Assembly: GCA_043826355.1 (NCBI GenBank)
Contig: JBDRQI010000005.1
Span: 32,001-96,000 of the forward strand
Origin: Candidatus Omnitrophota bacterium
Lineage (GTDB): Bacteria; Ratteibacteria; UBA8468; MWAK01
Reading direction: 5' to 3'
DNA: 64,000 bases
The notes under the pieces were generated by a model. The model ran no database searches. It worked only from the letters and a program-made list of their open reading frames with translations, and was not told the DNA's origin. This document shows positions 27,867 to 38,194 of this stretch, in pieces; the first letter of the stretch is position 1; each line of letters begins with the position of its first letter. Made by a program: the position numbers and the translations under genes.

Positions 27867-29495
27867 TTACCGAAAGTACATATTTTCTGCTACCAAATAG
27901 GCAAAATCTTTTTCCGTTTCATTAGGTTTGCAGTGTTCTATTTTTTTCGCAATCTCTTTCGCCGTTTCCCTTCGTTGCCTGGATAAAAGCATTTCTCTTG
28001 CTCCCTCTAGGGCGCCGTTTCCGATTTTTACAACTTTTTCTTCTTCTGCTTCCGGAATCAAACCGATTTTCATGGCGTTTTTGACGTTTATGAAATTACC
28101 GAAACCGCCGGCAAGATAAATTCTGCTTATGTTTTTTAAATCTACCGGGTACTGTTTCATTAAAAGGTCCTGGTCGGTTCTTAATCCGCCTTTGGCGGTA
28201 ATAAGTTGATAAATATCCTGCTGGCTAATTTTAATTTTTCCGGTTACATAAAAATCCTGCCCTATTTTTGCTGTTTTGCTCATAATTCCATGAGTTAAAA
28301 GCTCAGCCAGCAAATCTATTAAGCCGGAACCGCAAATGCCTATCGGATGTTTATCTTCTATTGTTGAGTAAGCAACTCTTCCGTTAATTATTTCTACCTG
28401 TTTTATCGCTCCTCCGATGGCGCCGCAGCCGGAGGAAATCGTTGTGCCTTCATAAGCGCCTCCGGCGGCGCAGGAAGCGCTTATCATCCTTTCGGAATTA
28501 CCCAAAACTATCTCGCCGTTGGTTCCTATGTCGATAACCATACCTACCTCTTTATTTTTATATATTTCAGACGCCAAGACATCCGCCACCGTATCCGCGC
28601 CGGCATGTCCGCCAATTAACGGCGCCCCAAAAACCCGGCCCTTTGAATTAATCAAAAGACCTATTTCCTCGGGTTTTTTAATTACCGATTCCTTATGGCC
28701 GGGTTCAAAAGGAATTAATCCAAGTGAAGCGACGTCAAACCCAAAAAAAAGGTTCCTCATTGTGGGGTTGCCTACAACAACCGCCTCATAAATATATCGT
28801 AAAATATCCTCTTCGCACCTTTCCGAAATCTCTTTAATGGAACTATTTATTGATTCCACCACCGTTTCCTGCAGTATTCTTACCCTTTCCGTTCTTTCGT
28901 TCTCTTTAAAATATCGCCCTTTTTCTTCATCTACAAGAGTAAATCCGATTCGGGAAATGACGTCGTTTCCATAAGAAATCTGAGGATTCGTCTTGGCAAC
29001 TGTGGCGATAACATCTCCGTTTTCCAGGTTTACAAGGTCAAAAACCAGAGTAGTTGTGCCCACGTCTATAGCTAATCCGTAAATTTTGCCTTGATATTTG
29101 TCAATTTCTTCTTCGTTTTTAAAAACCTTGTCTCCTTTTTTATAAAAAACGGGGTTGACGGGAACCTCTTTTTCTGTTCCGCTTTTCAATATTTCATATT
29201 CTCCAAAACTCTTCATAAAAACAGACATATCCTTCAGTTCCCGAATAATGGTCGTTTGACAGGCCAACCTTTCGTTAGCGCCCAGTTTAAAATTTTTCTC
29301 GGCATGGGTCAGTTCATTCAAATTTTCTTTTCCTTTTTCTATCCTTACGATACATTTGCCGCATTTGCCCTGGCCTCCGCATTCTGCATTTATCTTGACT
29401 CCCGAGTTTCTTGCAAGGTCAAGAATAGAGAGCCCCGGATGTATTCTTGTTCCCGTCTTTCCCTGTTTAAACTGGGGAAAATATATGTCACACAT
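27867..29495 (-). CDS. RACo/ASKHA (DUF4445) ATP-dependent reductive activator with 2Fe-2S domain
   Basis: ECGGQGKCGKC...RLACQ, AIDVGTTT, DIGTNGE, GICGSG, LAGGFG. Confidence 0.9.
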   Translation of the reverse strand: MCDIYFPQFKQGKTGTRIHPGLSILDLARNSGVKINAECGGQGKCGKCIVRIEKGKENLNELTHAEKNFKLGANERLACQTTIIRELKDMSVFMKSFGEYEILKSGTEKEVPVNPVFYKKGDKVFKNEEEIDKYQGKIYGLAIDVGTTTLVFDLVNLENGDVIATVAKTNPQISYGNDVISRIGFTLVDEEKGRYFKENERTERVRILQETVVESINSSIKEISERCEEDILRYIYEAVVVGNPTMRNLFFGFDVASLGLIPFEPGHKESVIKKPEEIGLLINSKGRVFGAPLIGGHAGADTVADVLASEIYKNKEVGMVIDIGTNGEIVLGNSERMISASCAAGGAYEGTTISSGCGAIGGAIKQVEIINGRVAYSTIEDKHPIGICGSGLIDLLAELLTHGIMSKTAKIGQDFYVTGKIKISQQDIYQLITAKGGLRTDQDLLMKQYPVDLKNISRIYLAGGFGNFINVKNAMKIGLIPEAEEEKVVKIGNGALEGAREMLLSRQRRETAKEIAKKIEHCKPNETEKDFAYLVAENMYFR

Positions 29496-30405
29496 TATTT
29501 TCTCCCTTTGACATTTCAAGTGTTTGGTTATAGGAAAGTAAAATTACATCGCCCACTTTGCAACCTATCTCTCCGGCAATTACCGGACATTTTGCCATAA
29601 GAAGAAAAAAGATGGGGCCGGCTACCGCAGAAAGCGCCTCGAAATTTCCCTGTCCCTTGCTGATAATCAAATCAGCCTTTTTGAATCTTTTTAAAAAATC
29701 TTTTGAGCAGCGGGAAAGAATCGTCGCGGGAACGTCTGAACCGGATGATGCTATCTGCGCCGATTTGTCTATTCCGCAAAAATAGGCGTCTGCTGCCAGG
29801 GCGTCGTTTATTGCCGGTTTTTCTTTTACGGCATAAATAATGTTTTTAGAGCTGTCCCTAATCTTGATTTCTTCAATAAAGACACGGTCAAACAACGTTT
29901 CACCCGCATTATCCGCCAGATAAAGAACGTTTTTTGCTTTATCAAGAGCGTTTTTAAACTGCGGATAATTAAAAAAGCGGTTATCTTCCGCGCCGATTGC
30001 TCTTTTTTCTTCAGCCAGAATTTTTTTAAGTTCTTTGCCTACATTCAAAGAATTTTTTACGCCGCAATCCAGGATATTGCCGGCGATAGCAAGTTCAGCG
30101 GCCGTCAATAACCTGTCACGGCTTTCTTGCAATTTTTTCTTCAATTTACCGTAGATACTTAAAGCCAAGTTGTTGCTCTTTTTTTTTATTTCGGCATAGG
30201 GGTCGTTGACTCCGGTATGTTTCTTAACTATCCCGTGAATCACCCTGGCCATTTCCGGCGGGGACAAGGTCAAGGAAAAACCGGGCAGGGCTCCGGCAAC
30301 CTTGTCTAATATTTCCTTTTGCCCCTCTTCTGACGCCCCGGCCATCCGCGCGGCTTCTAATGCTTGCTTAAAAAAACAGGGGATGCAATCCAAAAAAGTT
30401 CTCAT
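29488..30405 (-). CDS. ARMT1-like/DUF89 metal-dependent phosphatase
   Basis: CIPC, DPY, AGNILD, DNAGE, SKGQGNFE. Confidence 0.9.
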   Translation of the reverse strand: MRTFLDCIPCFFKQALEAARMAGASEEGQKEILDKVAGALPGFSLTLSPPEMARVIHGIVKKHTGVNDPYAEIKKKSNNLALSIYGKLKKKLQESRDRLLTAAELAIAGNILDCGVKNSLNVGKELKKILAEEKRAIGAEDNRFFNYPQFKNALDKAKNVLYLADNAGETLFDRVFIEEIKIRDSSKNIIYAVKEKPAINDALAADAYFCGIDKSAQIASSGSDVPATILSRCSKDFLKRFKKADLIISKGQGNFEALSAVAGPIFFLLMAKCPVIAGEIGCKVGDVILLSYNQTLEMSKGENNV

Positions 30406-30429
30406 CTATTCTTATTGTCAATCAGTAAT

Positions 30430-31278
30430 TTAATTACTCTTGTTGCTTTTCAAAAATTCTTTGATTTTATTTATAATGCCTTCCATATTTTTTGCTGCCG
30501 GGCTTTCGTTTCCGGAGGAAATAAACGGCTTTCCGGCATCTCCGGATTTTACCACGGCAGGTTCCATCGGAATTCTTCCCAGAAACGGCACCTTTAAGTC
30601 GCGGGCAGACTTTTCACCGCCGCCGGTTCCGAATAAATCTATTTCTTTCAGGCAGTGCGGACATATAAAACCGCTCATATTTTCAATTATTCCCACAACG
30701 GGAACTTTTACTTCCTTTGCAAATGAAACGCTTTTTCTTGAATCCAGTATGGCCACCTCCTGGGGGGTGGTGACGATAACTGCCCCGTCTATATCCGGAA
30801 TAAGCTGGCATACGCTTAAAGGCTCGTCTCCGGTTCCGGGAGGAGAATCTATTATCAGATAATCAAGTTCTCCCCAGTTCACGTCGCTTAAGAATTGTTT
30901 TATGGTCATCATCTTTAAAGGTCCGCGCCAGATTACCGGCTGGTCTTTATCTTGCAACAAAAAAGAGAGACTTACCGCTTTTAAATTAGCCGAGACCGCA
31001 ACCGGCTCGATACCCGCCTCAGAACCGGCAAATTTCTTTTCTTCGATTCCCAGCATCTTGGCGATATTGGGTCCGTGAATGTCTACATCTAAAATTCCTA
31101 CCTTATTTCCTTTAACAGCCAAACCATAGGCTAAATTAACCGCCACGGTCGTCTTACCGACTCCGCCCTTGCCGCTCATTACAATAAGTTTATACTTAAT
31201 CTTAAACATACGTTCTTTAAGTTGCCTGTCCTGCTCAATCCCCTCCTTTTCTCTTTTTTTCTCGTCAATGTTTTGCAT
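30430..31278 (-). CDS. Mrp/NBP35 Fe-S carrier ATPase
   Basis: [32 protein letters not shown]. Confidence 0.95.
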   Translation of the reverse strand: MQNIDEKKREKEGIEQDRQLKERMFKIKYKLIVMSGKGGVGKTTVAVNLAYGLAVKGNKVGILDVDIHGPNIAKMLGIEEKKFAGSEAGIEPVAVSANLKAVSLSFLLQDKDQPVIWRGPLKMMTIKQFLSDVNWGELDYLIIDSPPGTGDEPLSVCQLIPDIDGAVIVTTPQEVAILDSRKSVSFAKEVKVPVVGIIENMSGFICPHCLKEIDLFGTGGGEKSARDLKVPFLGRIPMEPAVVKSGDAGKPFISSGNESPAAKNMEGIINKIKEFLKSNKSN

Positions 31279-31299
31279 TGCTTAACCCTCATAAAATTT

Positions 31300-31953
31300 T
31301 TACAAAATATTTCGTCTAGCTATGAGAACATGCTGGTAAATACTTTTCGCTTCTTTAACCGAAAAACCTTTTTCTTCAAGATAAAACGTGATATCTGAAA
31401 GCGTTATTTTTCCAGATTCATGCCTTTTACCTTCAAGCGCGTGAATCTTATCTATAATTCGAAAACCTTCTTCCGTAAAATCACTTAGAACGAGTTTGCC
31501 GTTCCGCGAAAGGACGCGGACCAACTCGTCTACCGCCCGGTAAGGATTACGCATGTGATGAAGGACATTAACCGAAAATACCACACCAAAACTTCCGTCG
31601 GTAAAACTCGTATGTTCGCCGTTTTCTATCCTGAAATTTGTTGATTTTTCAAGACCGAAATAGATTAAATTTAATCTTGCAAAACGCTGTTCCTTCTCTG
31701 AAACATCAAAAGTAAAAAACGAGTATCCCTGTTTTGCCAGCGCAAGCGCAAAATGTCCCTTCCCGGTCCCGGCCTCGAGAATTTTACCGTAAAAAGGTTT
31801 TGCCTGTTCTAAAATAAAATCCCGTTCCTTCTCCAGAGAGTAGCCGAAACTTTTATAAACCTTTTTTCGTGCAAGATATTCTCTATGGTTCTCGCGTATT
31901 TCCTCGCTGAATTTATATTTTTCTGAATCAAAAATCTCCGCCTCTTTATTCAT
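31300..31953 (-). CDS. Class I SAM-dependent methyltransferase
   Basis: LEAGTGKG, NVLHH, RVLSRNG. Confidence 0.88.
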   Translation of the reverse strand: MNKEAEIFDSEKYKFSEEIRENHREYLARKKVYKSFGYSLEKERDFILEQAKPFYGKILEAGTGKGHFALALAKQGYSFFTFDVSEKEQRFARLNLIYFGLEKSTNFRIENGEHTSFTDGSFGVVFSVNVLHHMRNPYRAVDELVRVLSRNGKLVLSDFTEEGFRIIDKIHALEGKRHESGKITLSDITFYLEEKGFSVKEAKSIYQHVLIARRNIL

Positions 31954-31980
31954 GGATAAAACAGTTATTTTATATAAAAA

Positions 31981-33327
31981 TTATAGTTTTCCCGTAGCAT
32001 CCTGAGCGGCCAGCACAACCGGGTACATTGTCGGCGCGGACGTCAAATACGGATGGGTTGCCATCTGCAATGTTTCCAGTTCACACAGAGAAACCCTTTG
32101 TTGTATCGCCATGCCGACGATGTTGATTATCTCGCCAGCCGATATGCCCCCGGAAATCTGACCGCCCATCAGTATCCCCGATTGACGGGAAAAAATCAGT
32201 TTTACCTTTATTTTACTTGCCCCCGGCAAGTTTTTCGGATGTTTATCCACGCCCTCTGTAGTACCGACGATAATTTCAAATCCTTCCTTCTTGGCGCTTG
32301 TTTCGGTAAGGCCCGCAGAACCCAAAACCAGACCGTCAATATAAGTAGAATAAATTGCGATAGTCCCTTTGTTTTCGCGAACAACCTTCAATTGATAAAG
32401 GTTAGCGCCCGCGACCCTTGCTTCGGCAGTGGCGGTGGAGGCAAGCATAACCGCAGCATCTCTGCGCGTATAAAAATCCCTCTTACCCGCGCAATCACCG
32501 ATGGCAAAAATATCGGGGTCAGAAGTGCGCATATACTCGTCCACCCATATTCCTTTGCCCCGTCCCAAATCCAAACCGGCATCAGTCGCTAATTTTGTGT
32601 TAGGAATTGCCCCTATTCCCAAAATAATACTGTCTACTTTCAATTCTTCGCCGCTTTCAAACCGCACTCCTTCAACTTTTTCCCGGCCTGAAATTTCCAC
32701 AACTTTTGTGTTAAGGAAAATTTCAACGCCCCTATTTTTAAGTTTTTCTTCAACCAGCAAAGAAAAATCCCGGTCGAAAGAATTTGCCAACAAACGAGGA
32801 AGGGCTTCCACCAAATAAACATTGACCCCTTGAATTTTTGAAATCTCATCCGCGAATTCTATTCCGATGAACCCTCCCCCAATTATCAAAACGTTTTTTG
32901 CTTTTTTAATTTTGGCAACACAGGTTTTGAGATAATCCATGTCTTTGTATATGGGATACACTCCTTTTTTACCAATGCCGGGAATATTCGGAACAATGGG
33001 AAGAGAACCCGTCGCTAAAATCATTTTTTCATAAATATATTCATTTCCATTCTTTGTTTTCAAACTTTTTTTCTCTTTGTTAACAGTCGCCCCTTCGTCA
33101 ATTACCACTTCAATATTATTCTTTATCAGGTTATCTGTTCCTAAAACATTATCCTGGGGATTTTCCAAACTGGAGAACATATAGGGAATACCGCAGGGAA
33201 TACAACCATTAGTTACGTTTTTTATCACCAAAATATTTTTATCCGAATAATATCTTCTGACCGTAATAGCGCATACCATTCCCGCGGGACCGGAACCGAC
33301 AACAAGTATATCCACCTTTTTACTCAT
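31981..33327 (-). CDS. NADH oxidase/CoA-disulfide reductase-like flavoprotein
   Basis: GSGPAG, PCGIPY, ATGS, GGGFIG, FAIGDC. Confidence 0.9.
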   Translation of the reverse strand: MSKKVDILVVGSGPAGMVCAITVRRYYSDKNILVIKNVTNGCIPCGIPYMFSSLENPQDNVLGTDNLIKNNIEVVIDEGATVNKEKKSLKTKNGNEYIYEKMILATGSLPIVPNIPGIGKKGVYPIYKDMDYLKTCVAKIKKAKNVLIIGGGFIGIEFADEISKIQGVNVYLVEALPRLLANSFDRDFSLLVEEKLKNRGVEIFLNTKVVEISGREKVEGVRFESGEELKVDSIILGIGAIPNTKLATDAGLDLGRGKGIWVDEYMRTSDPDIFAIGDCAGKRDFYTRRDAAVMLASTATAEARVAGANLYQLKVVRENKGTIAIYSTYIDGLVLGSAGLTETSAKKEGFEIIVGTTEGVDKHPKNLPGASKIKVKLIFSRQSGILMGGQISGGISAGEIINIVGMAIQQRVSLCELETLQMATHPYLTSAPTMYPVVLAAQDATGKL

Positions 33328-33725
33328 AAAATCTCCCCCTTTTTCAGCGATTCCAGCATCACGCAAATACCGTGAATTACTTTTATGCCGTTATCGTGGC
33401 AAAACTTGACGGCGGCCTGGCTTTCGGCCCCGGGCTGAAGCCATACTCTCTTTACGCCTTTCTGCAGGCATTCCTTTAAAATACTCTCCGTTACCGCCGG
33501 AGGAGTGACTAAATCAGCAATATCCACCGGATATAGAATATCGTTTATGGTTTTGTAACAGATTCTACCCTCAACTTCACGCATACTGGGATTAACGGGA
33601 AAAACTTCATAACCCTTAGCCAGTAAATTAATTAAAATCTTATAGGCGTATTTGGTCTTGTTCCTGAACGAACCTACTACCGCGAATCTTTTTTGTTTCA
33701 AAAAATCTTCAACTAAATTTTCCAT
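33324..33725 (-). CDS. CoA-binding protein (YccU-like)
   Basis: AVVGS, FPVNP, VWLQPGAES, GICV. Confidence 0.9.
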   Translation of the reverse strand: MENLVEDFLKQKRFAVVGSFRNKTKYAYKILINLLAKGYEVFPVNPSMREVEGRICYKTINDILYPVDIADLVTPPAVTESILKECLQKGVKRVWLQPGAESQAAVKFCHDNGIKVIHGICVMLESLKKGEIL

Positions 33726-33832
33726 CTTTGATTGCATTAAAAACACTTTGAAATTTCCTGTACTCTAAAAAACTCAAACAGGCGTGCCCTTAGAATAAGC
33801 TACGGTTATTTCTTTTTTAAGGCCGGCTTCTC

Positions 33833-34561
33833 TTACTCGAATTTTTTACGGAATAATTTTATCGCCGGTAAAATGAAAAAAACAAAAAAGCCGATAAGTG
33901 TCAGGGTATAAAGAAAAATCATTTTATTTGAAACAGCTGAAAATGATAATCGCAGGCCGTCCACCGTATAAGTAAGGGGTAAAACATAGGCAAAATGCCG
34001 TAAAACAAGCGGCATTTTAGATACGGGATAGACAACACCGCTCAAAAATATCAACAAGAAACGCGGGAGGTTAAGTAATGTCTGGGCTTCAAAAACTTCT
34101 TTAACCATCACGCACAAAAGGGCGCCGAGAGAAGAAAATACAAAGAGCGAAGGAAAAATTATCAGAATAAGGTAAAGGATGTTTGGGTGGAGCCCAAGCA
34201 CTACCACAGAAATTATTGTTACTGCAGTTGTCATCAAACAGCCGAAAACAACACCTCCCAAAATCTTTCCGAAAAGCACCGCAGTTGTACTGATGGGCGC
34301 CAAAAGCAATCTCTCCAAAGAACCAAGCCGTAGTTCAAAGTTTATAACAACTGCTTCGGCAGCAGTGGTGCTGAAAAGAATCGTCATCGCAATCAATCCG
34401 GGCACTAACTCTTTAAAATCTCCGGGATTCCTTAAATAAAAAGCTAAAATCCAGGTAATCGGAAAGACGATACCCCAACTGACTGACGGCGGTTTAAAAT
34501 AGTATGTCTTTATGTCTTTTAAAACGATATAGAAAATACCCCGCAGGTTATCGCGCCACAT
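33833..34561 (-). CDS. ABC-2 exporter permease
   Basis: LVPG, ELRLGSLERLLLAP, FLSGVVYPV, PLTY. Confidence 0.88.
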   Translation of the reverse strand: MWRDNLRGIFYIVLKDIKTYYFKPPSVSWGIVFPITWILAFYLRNPGDFKELVPGLIAMTILFSTTAAEAVVINFELRLGSLERLLLAPISTTAVLFGKILGGVVFGCLMTTAVTIISVVVLGLHPNILYLILIIFPSLFVFSSLGALLCVMVKEVFEAQTLLNLPRFLLIFLSGVVYPVSKMPLVLRHFAYVLPLTYTVDGLRLSFSAVSNKMIFLYTLTLIGFFVFFILPAIKLFRKKFE

Positions 34562-35326
34562 TTAATGTCCTTTTTCAATTGCTAAAATTTCCGGCTCTAA
34601 ACCCGTAATTTTCATAAACGCTTCTTCCAATGATTTTTTATCAGTTTTTACCTTTAAAACTTGAGGAGTATCGAACACCAAAATTCTCCCCTTTACGAGG
34701 ATGGCCACACGGTCGCATAAAAGATCTGCCTCTTCTAAGTAATGGGTAGTAAGAAAAATGGTTATCCCTTGCCGGCGGAGATTAGATATCAAATTACGCA
34801 AAGAACGAGCAGCCACTACATCTAAGCCGGCCGTAGGCTCATCCAGAAAAAGAACTTCAGGATTATGAATTAACGCCGCTGCGACAGTCAAAGCCCGCTT
34901 CATACCGCGGGAAAATGTACGGAAGGAACTGTCTTTGCGCTCATAGAGTCGGAAGGTTTTCAGCAATTCTTCCGCTTTTTTCTTGCGCTGAGCGCGGGGA
35001 ACACCATAAAGTTGCGCCATGAATATCAGATTATCCATTGCAGATAGTTCATCATAAAGATTAGAGATTTCCGGAACAACCCCAATATGTTTCTTTATCT
35101 GCACAATTTGTGAACCAATGTCAAGTCCAAAAATAGATGCTTTTCCACCGGTGGGTTTAGAAAGCCCCGTAAGCATCCTTATAGTTGTAGTTTTTCCGGC
35201 GCCATTTGGACCCAAAAATCCAAAAATATCGCCTTTCTCAACTTCAAAATTGATATGGTCAACAGCGAGAAAATCGCCGTAATGCTTTGTTAAACCTGAC
35301 GCTTTAATTATAATGTCCTTATTCAT
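34562..35326 (-). CDS. ABC exporter ATP-binding protein
   Basis: GPNGAGKTT, FSRGMKR, LDEPT, TTH. Confidence 0.92.
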   Translation of the reverse strand: MNKDIIIKASGLTKHYGDFLAVDHINFEVEKGDIFGFLGPNGAGKTTTIRMLTGLSKPTGGKASIFGLDIGSQIVQIKKHIGVVPEISNLYDELSAMDNLIFMAQLYGVPRAQRKKKAEELLKTFRLYERKDSSFRTFSRGMKRALTVAAALIHNPEVLFLDEPTAGLDVVAARSLRNLISNLRRQGITIFLTTHYLEEADLLCDRVAILVKGRILVFDTPQVLKVKTDKKSLEEAFMKITGLEPEILAIEKGH

Positions 35327-35414
35327 TTGTAGATACCCACGGGCACAGCCCGTGTAACTCAAAGCGGCTTTTAGAGACAATTATTTGTTTTACTTTGTTA
35401 TTGCGGAAGGATCT

Positions 35415-35735
35415 TTAAAAAGTCAAAAGTCTGTCGCTTTCCTTAACCAATTCGTACAAATCTTTCATCGTTGACAAAGGGCACGTCTCAGAACCGTTGG
35501 ACTGCCGGATTTTCAGGCATGAGCCGCAAGCCAATATCTTTCCGCCGTTGTCAACGAAGGAACGCATCTGTTCCGTTACCTTAAATTTATCGGTATCCAA
35601 AGATTCGCATTCCACGCCTTTGCCGAGCAAAAAAACCTTAACCTCGTCATTTTCTTTCCGGCTATAAACACCGAGCCGAAATGCGTTCCAAACGGTCTCC
35701 GAATCATTTGAATAAATAATTATCCCTAACTTCAA
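35415..35735 (-). CDS. DsrE/DsrF-like sulfur relay protein
   Basis: VKVFLLGKGV, ACGSCL, SDRLLTF; TTG start with AGGAGG SD. Confidence 0.85.
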   Translation of the reverse strand: MKLGIIIYSNDSETVWNAFRLGVYSRKENDEVKVFLLGKGVECESLDTDKFKVTEQMRSFVDNGGKILACGSCLKIRQSNGSETCPLSTMKDLYELVKESDRLLTF

Positions 35736-35782
35736 AAGGCCTCCTCTTTTTTATCTAATACGAACGCATTAAATCTTTTTAT

Positions 35783-35832
35783 GTAGGGGTCGGATTCATC
35801 CGACCCGCGGGCTTGATAAATCAAGCCCCTAC
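35783..35832. repeat. GTAGGGG...CCCCTAC REP doublet
   Basis: Two hairpins bounded by GTAG/CTAC; related to 47235-47263 and 48172-48247. Confidence 0.75.
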
Positions 35833-35849
35833 AAAATCCTTATGTAAAT

Positions 35850-36563
35850 TTAGAGATTCAGGGTCTGCCCTGCTTTTATCGGAATAAAACGGTCCCCGTA
35901 TCTTTCCTTGAAAATTTCCTCGGCAACTTTGCCGCTGCAATGAGTAGGACCCACCTTTTCGATTTTCATCTTTTGAAACCGTTTGGCTATAATAGATATA
36001 ATTCTTTTATCCTCTTCCATCAAATGAAAACCGCCGAACACCAGATATATCGTTTCACCCGGAAATTTCCTTCGGACTCTTTCCAGGATTTTAAGAATCC
36101 CGGGATGGGCGCACCCGGTCATTACCGTAAGACCGTTCTGCGTCTTCACGATAAGCGCCTGTTCAGGCATATCACTTCCGTGATAAACGCCCGGTATCTC
36201 CCCTGTGATAAAAATATCTTTTGCAATCTCCTTGAATTTTTCCGTTTCAACAAAAATCCCCTGCAACTTTTTTACTTTTTCCTTAAACTCTGCGCTGAAA
36301 TGCGGGCAGGCATAAACGGTGATTCCCTTTCTTCTGGCCAGTATTTCCCATAATCCTCCGGCATGGTCCCAGTGGTCATGAGAAATTACCACCGCTTCAA
36401 ATTCCGCTAAATTTATTCCCAGTTTATCAATATTCTCAATGAGCCATTGCCCGTTTTCACCGGTATCAAATAAGATTCTATTATCAACCAGGAACGAAAC
36501 ACCCCACCCGATATGAAGATTCTTTGCACAAGAATCTTCATCAAAAATAACCTTTATTTCCAT
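35850..36563 (-). CDS. MBL-fold metallo-hydrolase (COG1237-like)
   Basis: LFDTG, SHDHWDHAGG, GCAHPG, GGFHL, HCSG. Confidence 0.9.
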   Translation of the reverse strand: MEIKVIFDEDSCAKNLHIGWGVSFLVDNRILFDTGENGQWLIENIDKLGINLAEFEAVVISHDHWDHAGGLWEILARRKGITVYACPHFSAEFKEKVKKLQGIFVETEKFKEIAKDIFITGEIPGVYHGSDMPEQALIVKTQNGLTVMTGCAHPGILKILERVRRKFPGETIYLVFGGFHLMEEDKRIISIIAKRFQKMKIEKVGPTHCSGKVAEEIFKERYGDRFIPIKAGQTLNL

Positions 36564-36582
36564 TCTTTGGTCTTCTTTTAAA

Positions 36583-36819
36583 TTACTCCCTTATCATCAA
36601 ACTGTTGCATTTAGGGCACCTGACCGAAGAACAAGGTACGCCTACATCATGCGTCGCTTTTGCGCCGCACTTGGGGCAAATACAATTTCCGCTCGGGCCT
36701 GCGCCGGCTCTATTTCCCCTATTTCTGCCCATTCCTCCGGAAATTCCGATTCTTCTGCCCATGCCCCTGCCTGTACCCGGACCTTGTCCAAAAGGGCCTG
36801 TTCCGTTTCCTCCCGGCAT
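36583..36819 (-). CDS. DUF5320-like Gly/Arg-rich protein with zinc ribbon
   Basis: MPGGNGTGPFGQGPGTGRGMG...CICPKCG...CPKC. Confidence 0.8.
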   Translation of the reverse strand: MPGGNGTGPFGQGPGTGRGMGRRIGISGGMGRNRGNRAGAGPSGNCICPKCGAKATHDVGVPCSSVRCPKCNSLMIRE

Positions 36820-36824
36820 TTTAA

Positions 36825-37205
36825 TCACCTCCCCTTATTTTGTATTCCGAATTTTGAACCGACCGTGGATTTCTGCGTCGGCGTGAACTCTCCCTTTTTA
36901 TATTTTTCCACCGCTTCTTTAACCGTTCCGGACACGCCGACGATAATATTTATCCCGGCTGCCTGCAAAGTCTGAAATGCGTTCGGTCCAACGTTTCCCG
37001 TGAGCACGGCTTCAACCTGTTTTTCGGCCATAACCTGGCCCGACTGAATACCCGCCCCTCCTCCCGCTTGAATATTTGGATTTTCCACCGCTTCAAATTC
37101 CATAGTGTCGGTATTTACGATGATAAAATACCGGCATCTTCCGAAACGCGGGTCAACCACGGAATCCAGATTATCACCTTCTGCCGTAACGCAAATTTTA
37201 CCCAT
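36825..37205 (-). CDS. NifB/NifX (COG1433) family protein
   Basis: DPRFGRC, GGAGIQ, GNVGPNA. Confidence 0.9.
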   Translation of the reverse strand: MGKICVTAEGDNLDSVVDPRFGRCRYFIIVNTDTMEFEAVENPNIQAGGGAGIQSGQVMAEKQVEAVLTGNVGPNAFQTLQAAGINIIVGVSGTVKEAVEKYKKGEFTPTQKSTVGSKFGIQNKGR

Positions 37206-37238
37206 CTTTACCTCCCCTGTTTAACTTTCGCAAATTTC

Positions 37239-37619
37239 TTAATCGGAATGGTCGCACACCGTTTTGTCCAAACCATATCCCTTACCGGAACCGGGTTTGC
37301 AAAAACTTTCGCCGCCGCCTAAAGTTCCTTTCACAAGTTTCTCAATTACTTCCGTTAATGTTCCGCTTACTCCCACAATGGTTTTTATCCCGAACTCTTC
37401 AAATAGACCCTGGGCCCTTGCACCCATTCCGCCGGCAACGATACAACCTACTCCTCGCTGATGCAAAAACTGCGGAATGAATCCCGGTTCATGTCCGGGA
37501 TTACCAACCGATTCTTTTTTGGTAACTTTTCCTTTTTCGATATCTACTATCGTGAAGGTCGGGCAACGTCCAAAGTGACCGGATACAAAATCACCATCCG
37601 TGGATATTGCTATACGCAT
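37239..37619 (-). CDS. NifB/NifX (COG1433) family protein
   Basis: SGHFGRC, GHEPG, GGMG, C-terminal CDH. Confidence 0.9.
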   Translation of the reverse strand: MRIAISTDGDFVSGHFGRCPTFTIVDIEKGKVTKKESVGNPGHEPGFIPQFLHQRGVGCIVAGGMGARAQGLFEEFGIKTIVGVSGTLTEVIEKLVKGTLGGGESFCKPGSGKGYGLDKTVCDHSD

Positions 37620-37629
37620 AATCCTCCTT

Positions 37630-38181
37630 TCATAAAATCAACACCGCGGCTGCAAAGACGGTCGTCCACCGTCCGTCCTTGTCTCCGATAGCCGACTGGG
37701 TAACGTTGGTTGTCTTGACTATCTGGTCGCTCAGCCGCCAGACCTGTTTCTTTTCGTCGTAACTGCTGTCCGGGTCAAACTTCACGCCCAGGGTGGTGGC
37801 CAGCATCTGGGCAGCCAGGTCTTCGGCGTAATCGCCCGCCTTTTCATCGGTCAGGCCGAAGCCGGAAAATTCGGAGAGGTAGCCGTGGCTGTGCGGGTTT
37901 TTGGGAAGGGCGACCCCGATGGAAGAGGTGATGAGCCGGTGCGGTTCGTTGGTGGAGTTCTTGCTCATCACGCAGAAGAGAATCTGGCCCGGGTCCAGCA
38001 GTTTCTGGCCGGATTCCCGGCTGATTAGTTTGGCTCCCGGCGGGAAGATGCTGGTGATGGGCACCAGGTTGAAAGGCGCAATGCCGGCATCCCGCAGTGC
38101 CCGTTCCAGGCTGGTCAGTTTCTCCCGGTCCCGGCCAACTCCCTTGGTCAAAAATATCTTCTTTGCAGTCAAGTTAACCAT
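37630..38181 (-). CDS. pdaD: Pyruvoyl-dependent arginine decarboxylase
   Basis: ALRDAGIAPFNLVPITSIFPP cleavage motif, GYLSE, WTTVFAAAV. Confidence 0.9.
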   Translation of the reverse strand: MVNLTAKKIFLTKGVGRDREKLTSLERALRDAGIAPFNLVPITSIFPPGAKLISRESGQKLLDPGQILFCVMSKNSTNEPHRLITSSIGVALPKNPHSHGYLSEFSGFGLTDEKAGDYAEDLAAQMLATTLGVKFDPDSSYDEKKQVWRLSDQIVKTTNVTQSAIGDKDGRWTTVFAAAVLIL

Positions 38182-38194
38182 CCCTTTTACCCTC

